A stretch of 64,000 bases of DNA from Dicyema japonicum (taxonomy: Eukaryota; Animalia; Dicyemida), in the NCBI GenBank assembly GCA_011109175.1, contig RDEW01000003.1, positions 1,759,494 to 1,823,493 on the forward strand, read 5' to 3'. Position 1 is the stretch's first letter. Every line of letters begins with the position of its first letter. The notes under the pieces are model-generated. The model was not told the DNA's origin, made no database searches, and was given only the letters and a program-made list of their open reading frames with translations. The translations under genes and the position numbers were made by a program. Positions 12,450 to 24,000 of this stretch are shown piece by piece.

Positions 12450-14280
12450 TCCAAAAGTCTAAAAAATTCGTTCTATTTTACCTGTGGATGCAACTGCTCC
12501 AAGAATTTTTTATGCAGAGTGAAATTACTTAAGAAGGTAACTGGTAAAAGTTCGACTCCCACCAAGCTATAAGTGATACTTTGCTCAATAAATTCGGAGC
12601 GAACATGTATAGTTTGAATGGATCATCTTTTGCTCTGAAATTAATCAGAGTCGGAAGAGCATATTCATAATGTTCAGCACAATGCTCCAAAACGAGGTCA
12701 ATCACAGCAGTTGAAAGAGATCTCCCATAACGTGTTGGTTCCATTAGATTCGCAAGTAAGTGGAAAGGTGTTAATGCTTGATCTGCTCGAGTTTTCACTT
12801 TTTTCTAAAATAGTCGTACATTCATAGTTAATATAAGTCTGTTCAAGTTCTTTCTAAATTTCTACAGCATGACTAATCGTTGTAGAATCATTTTGAATTT
12901 TGTCAAAGCGACAGCAATTGGTTTAATCAGCCGCAAATATTCTTCAACGTGTTGTTTTAGGCAAATATTTTGTACTTTGGAAGCAATTTCCAATATTCGA
13001 TCTGTGTCCTTCACAAATTCTCAAAATGGTTTCTTTGACGTCAGTTACTTCGACATTCTTTGAGAAAAAGTTGAGATAATGTGCCGAGCAACCACATGTA
13101 ATATTTTCATCGTCATCTTGCATCATTATCCGCCTCATTTTAGTCATGTTGACAGCATTGTCCGTTACAAGACTCCCGATTTTACATCCAAACCGTTGCT
13201 CGGCGGACTTTGCAGAGGCTAAAGCAACATATTGAAGATACTCCGCGTTGTGGCTATATCCAGAGGGGTCCACAGTGTCAATTAGATTTCTCCGTTCGAT
13301 GTTACAACTGACACATAAATAACAGGTTCATTATGAATGTTGCTCCACCCGTCCAACATCATGGACACTGTCTTGTCCTGGAGTCTTTGCCGACAGTCTT
13401 CATGTATTTGGTCGTACACACGATCGAGTAATGGACCACCAATTTGATAACGAGAGGGTAAACGATACCCAGGAAGAAGCATTTGGACGAATTGGACAAG
13501 TTCCGGATGTTCTACAGCAGCAAAAAGAGTGTTGCTGAAATATATGTATCTAGCGAGTTGCATATCAACCAAATTTTTCTTCGATGACGTTTTCGTAGTA
13601 ACGTAGTTGATTAAAGACTGTTCCCTCATCCTTGGGAGAAATTCGATGATCAAATCACTTTCAGGTTTGGACAGATTTTCAGGGATATCAATATTAGTTC
13701 GACATAACAAATGCCTCATCCGAGAAACGAGACCTTGTACATCTTTGTTGATTAAATTCAAATGATTTTATTTTTTAAGATTACGAGCATTCTGTTATAC
13801 GGCCGATACGTGTTTTTGTGGGCTCAAGGAAGGCAAGTTCAAGTCTCCAATAGAACGTGCTAGGATTATGTGAGTAGTTTGCTTAGCGTTTCCTTGATCT
13901 TTGGTATTTTTCATTTCATCTACCAAAATCGAATTGACTGTAATTTTTGAGTGGGATGTTGTTATAAGGGTATTTTTCTAAACTTTGGATTTTTGAATAA
14001 ATTATTTTTTCTAAATTTAGGTCAAGTTTTTGTCGGTAATGTCCCTGAGATTTTCAAAAATGTTGTTTCAGCCACGTGCACTTAGGAAAAAGCGCCATAT
14101 AAAAATTTATCTCTTGAAAGGATCTTTTCAATCCATATCGAAACTAAAACCTATATAATTCGCCACTAAATAGCATAAATAGTGAAAATCCATAAGAAAA
14201 TAATGCCTTGGCGAACTTATCTTAAATTTTTAACTTTAATAAAATTTAGGTTGATTTTTTAGCTTTTATGGTCGAGAAGG
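12450..14280 (-). mobile_element. Degenerate hAT transposase
   Basis: Fragmented ORFs: FAAVEHPELVQFVQMLLPGYRLPSRYQIGGPLLD, MMLDGWSNIHNEPV, IGSLVTDNAVNM, CGCSAHYLN. Confidence 0.85.
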
Positions 14281-14284
14281 AAGA

Positions 14285-14465
14285 TAATCCAATTCCTTGG
14301 TGATTAATCACTGATGATCGCGTCACTTGTAAACCCTTGAGCATCGTAGATGCGTTAAACCTTCACCGAATAGACAGCAGCGAAATTCAAACAGGGGACC
14401 GCAATCAATCAAACGGTCGAATAATAAAATTATTTTTTTCCAAGAATTTAAAAACATATAGCCGC
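14285..14465 (-). mobile_element. tRNA-derived SINE, degenerate copy
   Basis: Shares the core CATCTACGATGC...AGTGACGC..TCATCAGTG with 57490-57615 and 62759-62919. The B box is decayed. Confidence 0.55.
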
Positions 14466-14549
14466 GTGGCGCCATGTGGTGCTGTGGTGGTTAATTGGTT
14501 GAAGTTTTCTGCTTGCTTGTCTGTTCCTCCTCTCTCTTCCTAATAGAGT

Positions 14550-14611
14550 GGCGTCATGTGATCCACCTGTCTAGGTGACGCCCAGTGCCAGGCTGGCACG
14601 AAAAAGGATCA
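14550..14611 (+). ncRNA. Candidate HDV-like self-cleaving ribozyme
   Basis: P1 GGCGTC/GACGCC, P2 TGATCC/GGATCA, P3 ACC/GGT, P4 TGCCA/TGGCA and J4/2 CGAA occur in the HDV nested order. L3 is non-canonical. Confidence 0.6.
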
Positions 14612-14783
14612 TTTGCTCTTTCCCACTCCACTAGAGGGATTTCCACAACTGCATGTAACGGACGTCTTACCTTTTATGCTGATTCCAGATGGACTCTGTT
14701 TCTGTAGAAATGGAAACTGGATACACTTAATTAGTTGTTAACTTTAACTTCTTTCTCGGTGTATCCGGGGTTAATTTTATTTA
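14550..14783 (+). mobile_element. About 235-bp non-autonomous Vingi-like element (pseudoknot head plus LINE tail)
   Basis: Pseudoknot head, about 100 nt of body, ...GYT* remnant and family 3' UTR ctttctcggtgtatccggggtta. Confidence 0.7.
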
Positions 14784-15830
14784 TAACCCCGAAAAGGGAA
14801 CACCAAGAAAGGAGTAAACCAACTAATTAAGTGATCCCGGTACGCCTCAATAGGATCGAGAGGTTTTTCCTATGTTCCTCCAGAGTACCCACGGCTTTCC
14901 TGAATAGCCGACGATCATCCTTCATTAGAGTTTGAAGAGGGGTGGGTTTTTTCTCCGATTTCGTGTATTTGAGGCCTTTAGCCTTGAATGGAAGAAACGA
15001 CTTGTTTCTTGGCCACATAGACCGATGAAGCCGGAGCCATTATTTTTGATTGCGGCGTGGTCAAGCATTGGGGGGGGGGAAAGATCGGGGGTAGATTCGT
15101 TAAACGTGCCAGTTTGCCAATTAGGGAATTGATCTTGAATAAATTTGATAGGCCCATGAGGCACAAGCATACTCTATCGTCGGTTTTAGTTGATTGAAAC
15201 AAGACGACAGCGCTTTCCTGTGACGGCCTGGACTTTAAGAGCGGTTTGATTATATTTAGTTTCCTGAGACCCTTTGTCATAACGTTCTTCACATGTTGGG
15301 AAAATGTCATCAAAGGGTCAAATGTCACTCCCAGGATAGTTGGACGAATCTGTAATGGTAAGGAGTCTCCAAATGTTCAAATCCAGTGTATGTTTTTCTT
15401 TTCTGTCCGTGGTGAAGATTGTATACGTTGATTTATCCCTGGATATGGAGACGATTCAACTTTAACCAGGCTCCCAGGTTGTCAATATGTGACTGAAGCT
15501 CTGATTTTGCTGCACCCACGTATTTGTTCCTGCTAGCGATGATTAGGTCGTCAGCATAAGTGAGAAGCATTGAATCTGGTCCTCCATGGAAGGGTAAATC
15601 GTTGAGGAATAAGTTGAATAACGCCGGAGAGAAAGGCGATCCTTGAGGGACGCCATTTGGTAGGAGACGGAACCTCGTGGCCTATACAGACACGTCCTCT
15701 TCTTCCGGAGAGAAAATTGGCTATCTATCTTTTCAAATCCGGCTGAATGGTGTCAAAAACCTTTTTCGTGAGAAATGTTCTCGAGACAGAATCGAACGCC
15801 TTCTTGATATCCAGGGAAATAAAGATATCG
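14784..15830 (-). mobile_element. 5'-truncated Ingi/Vingi-like LINE (second subfamily)
   Basis: RT motifs GVPQGSPFSP and TYADD; C-terminus LSILLRRTGIT*; family 3' UTR. Confidence 0.85.
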
Positions 15831-16423
15831 AGCCATCAATTCCCTCTTTATAACAAATATTTTTTAAGAATTCCAGAAAATTAGTCATTGATGTAATTGA
15901 ATGCTTACAAGATCATAACTCGACAAATGAATATTCCATTACACGTACTACAACATGGATTGGTATAATTTATCGAGAACAGTAATTTAAAACTCTGATT
16001 TGATCCTATAAATGTCGTGTATACTTGATTTTGAGTAAATCTTCTGCTTGTTCTTACCAAATCAATCCCCCACTAGTCCGTAACAGGTTTCCGCTTTCGA
16101 AAAGAGGTGAAATATGTCCGCCTTTTCCATTTTCATTTAGCCCATACTTTCGCGAACAACACTTAATTCATAGGTGAAGAGTTTTCATAACAGTAATATC
16201 CACCAGTGGAGTTGGACGGGGACAAAAGTAGGAAGATCCCTTTCAAAAACTGTTGTGCAACAAAGGACTCTTTGCCTCACTGGAGGGATCTGTTTGACGA
16301 GAAATTCTTAGCTTTCATGATAGTCACTCTTAGCTCTAGTATCCAGGCCTATCCAGGAACTTGTAAATTAGGTCAATATGATATTATTATAATTTAATAA
16401 AACTAGACAGACTGAAATATCCA

Positions 16424-16898
16424 TTAAAATAAAGAGTTCTGTTTAAGTAATTCTCGAATCTCCAAAGCAGTCAAGGATCCAATCAAAACAGTTCCAACTG
16501 AAAGTGAAACCTAAAAATAAAAAATTAAATTACTGCGCCAATAATATCCATAGGTGTTTTTGATGATACTGCAGACAGAATAAATACTATGGATATGGCA
16601 ATATCACATATGAGAAATATCAAAAATACAGTTGTTTTCTGGATTTATATTATTAAAACTATTATCGATATTATTTTTGTTTGAATTTCATCAAACTCGA
16701 CCATGTGAATAATCTCCAAGTCAATTAAAATTAAAAACTGAATAACTGTAAAAACTGAAGAAAATGAAGCATGCAAGACAACGATAAAACATGACAAAGG
16801 AATTATATAAATAATCTAAAATTAAAAAAATATAGTACAATGGTTGCTATCATGAGAATGCCCCGAGGTGAGTTTAATTTAGTCTCATTTATTTCCAT
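16424..16898 (-). CDS. Small 4-TM protein, MARVEL (CMTM/plasmolipin-like) domain candidate, 4 exons
   Basis: Three phase-0 introns of about 21-23 nt give an open ORF of about 135 aa: MEINETKLNSPRGILMIATI|IIYIIPLSC...|KTTVFLIFLICD...|VSLSVGTV...*. It has four hydrophobic helices and a MARVEL-like SPRGIL start. The family call is by recall only. Confidence 0.6.
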
Positions 16899-17018
16899 GT
16901 TAATCAGGAAGAATGCTAATTAGAATAATTTTATTAATTTTATATAATTTAATAATATTTAAATTATTATAAAAAAAATTATTTTTATAAAATATTAAAT
17001 TAATTTTGTTTTAATCTT

Positions 17019-17088
17019 TAACTGTCTGACTCTTTTGTCTTTCTTTCTCGGTGTTCCCGGGGTTATTAAAATAAATAAATAAATAAAA
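17019..17088 (+). mobile_element. Solo 3' UTR of the young Vingi-like family
   Basis: Identical to the 22666-22715 3' UTR, with a (TAAA)n tail. Confidence 0.85.
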
Positions 17089-17124
17089 TCTTTATTTTTT
17101 TAATATCTAAAAACACTATAAATA

Positions 17125-17275
17125 TCGGGGTTGCCCGCGTACTACGATACCGGGGGTGCTGATGAGGATCTCAAGGCAACTAACCAAAGGCTCGTAAGTG
17201 GAGAGGATCTGGATGCTATAAGAAGTTTGGCGTGTAACAGGAGAGGCTGGACAAGATTGGTCCGACAAATTGCTT
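17125..17275 (+). mobile_element. RTE LINE 3' fragment
   Basis: DEDLKATNQRLVSGEDLDAIRSLACNRRGWTRLV is homologous to 41768-42049. Confidence 0.6.
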
Positions 17276-17725
17276 TAAAATATAAAAATTATGTTTCTAC
17301 GATAGTTGCTTATAATAATAAAAACATTAAACTATGGCCAAAAAAATTAAGAAAATCGTGTAATTTGGAATTAATTTCGTCTGTTTGGAGAAAAATTGGA
17401 TCTTGAAGTTTTCCATTTTTTCGTTTTAATTTGGGTCGCATGCACATTGAGAAAACTGTATTTACTGTACATTTTAAACACTTAGGATCTCAGCTGAGGC
17501 TCGTGTTTTCAGATTTATATAATTTTCTTATAAATTCCCACACACTTTCAGATATCACCAACCAAATGAAGCCTAACTAAATCCCAACTAAAATAATATC
17601 AATTCGCCTAGATTTCAGATTATCTGGAAGAACTCATTGATTACGCCAATTCTGAAGACAAGAAAACTGAGGGATAATTCATCTTTCTATCGCCATGTCT
17701 TAAAATTCAGGAAAAATGTTAGCGT

Positions 17726-17785
17726 GGTGTCATGTGGCTCACCAGAAACGGTGTCACCCATTCCAAAATGGAACGAAAAGAGCCA
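17726..17785 (+). ncRNA. Candidate HDV-like ribozyme at LINE 5' end
   Basis: P1 GGTGTC/GTCACC (one U-U mismatch), P2 TGGCTC/GAGCCA, P3 ACC/GGT, P4 TTCCA/TGGAA, J4/2 CGAA. Confidence 0.55.
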
Positions 17786-17850
17786 ACAGCTTTTCCCCAC
17801 CGTCTGGTGGTCCTTTCATCCCCTGTGTCTTCGACCCTGTCTGGTGTCCC

Positions 17851-17907
17851 CATTTATCCAGACTTTTGATTCTTCAATGTGGGGACGTCGAAACCAATCC
17901 TGGTCCA
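17851..17907 (+). other. 2A ribosomal-skipping peptide
   Basis: LSRLLILQCGDVETNPGP matches D(V/I)ExNPGP and lies in frame immediately upstream of the APE domain. Confidence 0.85.
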
Positions 17908-19284
17908 TGGAGAGGTTTTACAATTATACAACTGAATACGAATGGGATCAGGAAGAAAATCTTTGAACTCCGGGCACTCCTCCGCGAAAATGAGGCTGAC
18001 CTCGCTTTAATACAGGAGTCCAAGCTATCTCCCTCCATACCAACACCTTCTTTTCCCGGATACACAGTGATCCGTAAAGATCGTCAGGGAGGACGCGGAA
18101 GAGGACTACTTACTATTATAAAGAACGATATTTCTTTTTATGGATACAACCCAACGAACCTCGGAGCTTCTTGGCTCCGACAAGACTTTGGAGCAGATTA
18201 CTGTCAAAATCGAGTTATTCCCATCCTTTTGGATCCATTTGGCTAATATATATATTCCTCCACAAGCATCGTGTCCGTCATCTTACACCCCTGATTTATC
18301 ACGCATTTCAACATTGAAGAATCTACTGTTATGTGGGGATCTTAATGCACGACATCCAATTTGGCTCACTTCCCAATCCTCTGATAACCGAGAACTCATT
18401 GCAAATTATCTTCCTGACCTGATTATACTGAACAACCCTAACTCACATACGAGGACCCATTAAGGATGACTGATAGCTGCACATCCCCCGACTTAACATT
18501 ATGCTCACCTTCTCTGGCTGGACTCATTTCCTGGAACGTCTTTTACGGCTTCCCAGTGACCACAATCCAATCCTTCTAAAATTGAGAGGTCTTCGACGAT
18601 ACAGGAGACGGTCGGCGGAATCAAAAAGATTCAAGGATTATACGAAGGTTGACTGGTCTGGTTTCAGTAACCTTGTGGATAAATTCTTGGCCGGGAGATT
18701 ATCCTTCCCAATACGCTCTATTGACGAGGCCGCAGAAATTATCAGCGCTGCCATTCAGAAAGCTGACCATATTTTTATTCCTATATCGTCATACAAGAAG
18801 TTTATTCCTACCCTCAGCTCTTATACAATAAGTCTTATAAAACAAAGAGACCGGCTGAAGAGATGCCATCTGTTGGACATGAAGTCTTTGACAGCCCTCA
18901 GACAACTGAATAAAAGAATCTGTCAGAGCATAAAAGAACACAAGGACAAGAGATGGCAGCATCTAGTTAACCACCTCGACAGGAAAAGTACATCCCGACA
19001 CTTCTGGAAAACTTTTAAACAAGTCAAGTCGGAGCTGGATGATGCAGACGGAACCGGAAAGTCTTCTCCTGAACACTTATGCCACCTACATCCTAACATC
19101 CTTATGAAACATTACGCTGGAATTAGCTTCAAACCATTCTCGAAACACCTGGACATTTAGGTGCGTGCCCATAAACCGAAGAAGGAACCTTATCACGAAC
19201 TATTCACAGATGACCAAGTCTTGGATGTGATCACCAGATTAAAAAGCTCACGGGCGTGCGGGCCTGACAAAGTATCCTCTATTC

Positions 19285-21285
19285 TGTCACATGGGCGGCG
19301 CGTAACGCATGGGCAGCCTGTTACATTTTTTCGACCTTGAAAAGGTCTTTTGATTATCCGACATTATTATTATTAATGTCGGATCACTGGTCAAAGGAAA
19401 GAAATAAAAGTTCTCATCTAACTAAGTGATCCCAGACCGACAAAGATGAGGATGAGTCCCTCATTGGATTATCTGACATTTAATTTTATATATCCGATTT
19501 ATATCTTGATTTAATCCTGTTAAATTAGTTTTTTATTTATAAATGTTATGATTATAAAGATTTTATTTTTTTATAGCGGTAAACCTAGATTTCTAGCGTG
19601 ATTTATAGCATGGAAGATTATTTTGTTGCAATGGCTTCTTACAAGGGTTTTGTGAAAGATTGCGTTGAATATCAAACTTTAAAAGATGCTTTGCATGATA
19701 AATTCCCGAAAACCTTCCGAGGCACCGAAAATATAGGCTTGTAAAGAAGATAGAGAATTTTTCTATTATCAATGACAGGTATTGTAAATTTTCAATAATT
19801 TTAGACTGTATCTTAAATCAACTGATCCCAAGTTAGTCATATCCCTGGATAATGAAACCGAAATGGAGCATGTTGCGAAATCGTTGCACGAGTTTTCACA
19901 CGGAGGAGTCAATAAAATTGAGTATGAATGTCGACAAAGATACTTCACTGTAAAGAATGAGATTATCAGAAAAGTCATTCGAAATTGTGAAGTCTGCAAA
20001 TTTTCGCGTTCTTTAAAAATTCGTGATTTTTTATAATTGTAGATTGGAGATATAAATCACCATGTGTTTGGTTCTTCTCCAAATGAACGTTTTCAGGTAG
20101 ATCTAATAGACCTGAAAAAATTTTCAACATTAAATGAAAATTTCAAATGGATTTTAACGGTCATTGACATATATAGTAGGCTGGTTTTTTTAATTTATAG
20201 ATTCGCTTTTGTACGACCACTCTATAATAAGTCTGGTAAAGAAATATCCACCTGAATGGGCCATGTAAATTTCTTCAGTCGGACAATGGTTCTGAATTTA
20301 AAAATCAAGAAATAACAAAATTTGCGAAGATTTTAACATTAAGCAAATTCACGGAAGGCCTAACAATCCACGAGCACAAGGAATTGTCGAAAGATTTAAT
20401 CAGACGATCACGAGGAAGTTGTCAAAAATGCTGGATAACAGTGAAAAAAAGTGGTTTGATAAATTAGAAAGTGCTGTCTACAGTTACAACATATCGGTCC
20501 ATTTCATTTTCTAACGAAAAGTCCTTTCGAAAGATATCGAGGAATTAAGGGAATAAATTCAATAATTAATGGTTATACTTATATCATTATGACTTAGATA
20601 ATTTAAGTGATGAGTGTGCGATTCCAGAACAAATTGACGATTTGGTTAATTGTTCGACTCCAGAATCTATTGAAAAATCACGTAGTTTGATTTAAAAAAT
20701 TTATATCTAGATAAATCCCAGTCAGATAATTTGCGTCCGAATGCGAAGAGATTCAACTTCGAAATTAAATCGATTGAAGAAAATTCAAATTATTACAAAG
20801 CTATGAACAGGAAAATGAATGTTCATAATAGTAAATATACTTTTAACATGGGAGATAAAGTATGAATCAAAAACATTAATAAATAGGTTCGGGCTAAAAA
20901 GGACTTTGGAACAAATCCCTCATTGCGACTGGATAAGTTTGAGTCTCAGTATTATCCAGTTGCAGAAATAATTATTTTATCGAATAATCGCGTGGAGGTA
21001 GTTTTAAATAGTTTAATTTTTGAACTCTTTTTCATTAATAAATTCTCTTTAAAATGAAAAAAAAAAAAAAATTTGATAGATAAAAAATTCGAAAGGAGAA
21101 ATATCGACTGTATTAATGAGTAGACTAAAAAAAGTTACTTAAATTTAATTTTTTGTGGTTAATAAATCATTTATAAAATTAATTGAAGTTAATCTTGGCT
21201 TAAGGTTATAAAATTAATTGAAGTTAATCTTGGTTCAAGGTTAATGTAACAGGCTGCCCATAGGTAACGCTTGGCCCATGTGACA
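19285..21285 (+). mobile_element. Ginger2/TDD-like DNA transposon (rve integrase) with TIRs, 5-bp TSD and mini-introns
   Basis: About 43-bp TIR TGTCACATGGGC...ATGGGCAGCCTGTTACATT. TATTC is duplicated at 19280-19284 and 21286-21290. Encodes an HHCC finger and an integrase core (NERFQVDLID, LQSDNGSEF, AQGIVERFNQT). Removing it restores the LINE ORF (KVSSIHLKHL). Confidence 0.9.
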
Positions 21286-22859
21286 TATTCACCTAAAACA
21301 CCTAAGCCACTACGCAATTGGCTACCTCACGCATATATACAACCTGTCCATTAACTATAATATTATTCCTAAGATTTGGAAGAATTCTATCATCAGACCG
21401 ATATTGAAGGCTGGGAAACCAGAGACAGAACCTTCATCCTACAGGCCTATTTCCGTTACCAGCACACTGTCAAAAATTATGGAGAAACTTGTATTATCAG
21501 TCATTATTCCGTATCTTCCGCGTCCTATATTTCAACATGGTTTCCTCCGCGGTAGGTCCACCGCTACATACTTGGCAACTTTATCGCAGTTCATTGCCGA
21601 CGGTTTTAACACCCATCTCCCGCCTCACAAACGCACAATCTTGGTTTCTATTGACATCAACAAAGCCTTTGACACTGTTTCGAGGAAAATCTTGGTTGGA
21701 AAAATACTAATATTCGTCCGAATGTGAAACTATGGCTGGCCAACTTTTTGTCTGGAAGACGTGGAAGAGTAGTCAGTGGTGATCTCAGATCTAGATCACG
21801 ATTACTACCGAACGGGGTACCCCAGGGGTCTCCACTTTCACCAATTCTATTCAACCTTTTCCTACACGACCTACCTAATGATGGAGACGAAGATTCCCTG
21901 TTATTATCCTACGCAGACGACGTAGTCATTGCAATACGGAACCGCTCGACTCAAGTCGCATCCCTTAAAACTCAGACAAAATTGAACATTCTCCACGATT
22001 GGATTGCTGGCAATCGATTAACGATTTCTGCAACCAAGTCTATCTGTTCCACATTCACGTCGGACCGTCGTTCCAAGGATGAACCGAGTCTTTTCATTGG
22101 TCCCACTAGGATTCCAGTGACAAAGTCCCCCATTGTCCTTGGAGTCAAGTACGACACCCTTCTCAAATTCAACTCCCACGCAACAGACATGATCACCAGG
22201 GGCCTCCAGAAAGTTAACGTTATACGCGCCCTTGTTCGGAGGACCACGAGGAACATGGACTTTTCCGTTTCTACACTCTACCAACAAACAATCGCGCCTG
22301 CCATTGAGTATGCCTCCGTTGCATGGAGATTCGGGCTATCGGAGTCTTTGGTCCAAAGAATCAACTCGATATACCGGAAAACAATCAGTATGCTTTCCCC
22401 ACGTAATGGATCAACAGTCGACCCACTACTCATGGAAGCTAAGATCCGTAGTCGTGGCTCCGGATTTCTTCGCCTCTGTGAGGAAGATGGAAATCCGCTT
22501 CGCCTAATCCTTCCCATGGCAAGAGAAAACCGATTGGATAAGAAATTCCCCTCCCCGATCGGATTCCTCTGCAAAACCGAGAGAAGGCTCTTCCGGAAAG
22601 TAGTGGGGACGATGGAGGATCACAGACGTCGAATGGCACAAGTGATTGCGAGGACTGGGATCACCTAACTGTCTGACTCTTTTGTCTTTCTTTCTCGGTG
22701 TTCCCGGGGTTATTAAAATAAAAATAAATAAATAAATAAACAATTTACAACATATCGAAAGTGTTGAAATTCTTTCCTGATTGTAATCTCCTCTGTTCTG
22801 CAAAGCTTGCGTTCCTTTAGAATATTTTAAATCTTTTATTGTGATTATTTTGTCAGGAT

Positions 22860-24000
22860 TTGACTCCCCCGTCTGGTTTATTCAATTTTAATTTTTTTGC
22901 TCCCGACTTCGGACACATTATCTTCCGATAACAATTCCAAAAAAGGATTTCCCATATCAATTTTGTGCAGTTTCAACCTTCCATATACGGTCAGTTTCAT
23001 ATACTGCTGATTGCCTTTTATTATCATGATTCTAGCAGATATGATTTCCATTTCTATTTTGTCGACACAACTTGTCCTTAGGCGATTCCTCTCACAAATA
23101 AGCCTCTTGATAATAGGCGAAACAAAATGATTAGTATTTTTGGATAAACCCTCCATGCATAGAGATTAAGATATGACTGCATGAGATTAGTGATTTCTCG
23201 ACTTGCAGTATTAATATCTTTTATTATTGAAAACTCTCTCGATAGAACACACAAATTATTGGATAAAAACCTTATAGTGGGCCCAATCCAAATGAGATAT
23301 GTTGAACTTCAAGAAAACATCTTCCATAACATCAGGCCTCATACTAATAACCAATACGTGTGGAAAATGGTGCTCTCGATATCCCAGAGTTTTTGGCTTT
23401 TCCACATAGAGTTGAAGATACTAAGAATACGCCAAATTGTATCCATATTACTCTTTGTTTTCTTTAATTTCGTCTTATTGTCCACCAATAAGTCGATCTT
23501 GGAGGCCCTCGCAAGTATTGCTAGTTCATTAGATCGTCCGAGGTGGATCACACCCAAAATAACTTAAATAACCTAATAAAATATTATGTGAAAATATTCC
23601 ATAAGGACCATAAAAAGAAGGATGTACCCCCGATATATCTCAGTAAACCGAAAAAAGAAGCGGATATGATTTACTTCACTGAAAACAACGTGAAAAATGT
23701 ATTGAAAGCCATTAAAACAATCTATTCTAACGGACCGGATTAGATCTCAATGAACCTCCTAACGAATCTTGGGGACTATGGAATCGCTGCATTAACGAGC
23801 ATGTTCGACCACTATTAACAAAAATTCTATTCCAGCCTTATGGAAGCTTGCCCACCTACGTCCAACTTTGAAACTCGGAAAAGTAAAGAAAAACCCGGAT
23901 TCATACAGACCGGTCGCGTTATGTGTTCGGTGTCGAAAATTCTGGAAAGGCTGGTTTTTGTATAGAAAGGACCCACACACAAGAAAAAAATAAGTGAAGA
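22860..24000. mobile_element. Rearranged Vingi-like LINE fragment (inverted 5' part plus sense RT start)
   Basis: APE-RT linker on the minus strand at 22880-23550. The plus strand at 23550-23970 reads SNGPD...IPALWK...YRPVAL...KILERL. Confidence 0.6.

Larger units (their letters stand above)
17726..22740 (+). mobile_element. Full-length Ingi/Vingi-like non-LTR retrotransposon (APE-RT), about 3 kb after removing the Ginger2 insert
   Basis: 5' pseudoknot and 2A motif; APE (QLNTNG, ALIQES, GDLNA, SDHNP); RT (YRPIS, QHGF, DINKAFD, GVPQGS, YADD). No RNase H was recognised. Ends GIT*, 3' UTR and (TAAA)n tail. Several frameshifts. Confidence 0.9.

Noticed and set aside
21170-21245. 35-bp tandem duplication near the Ginger2 right TIR
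   Set aside because: A simple two-unit local duplication with no spacers; not CRISPR-like and of no evident significance.
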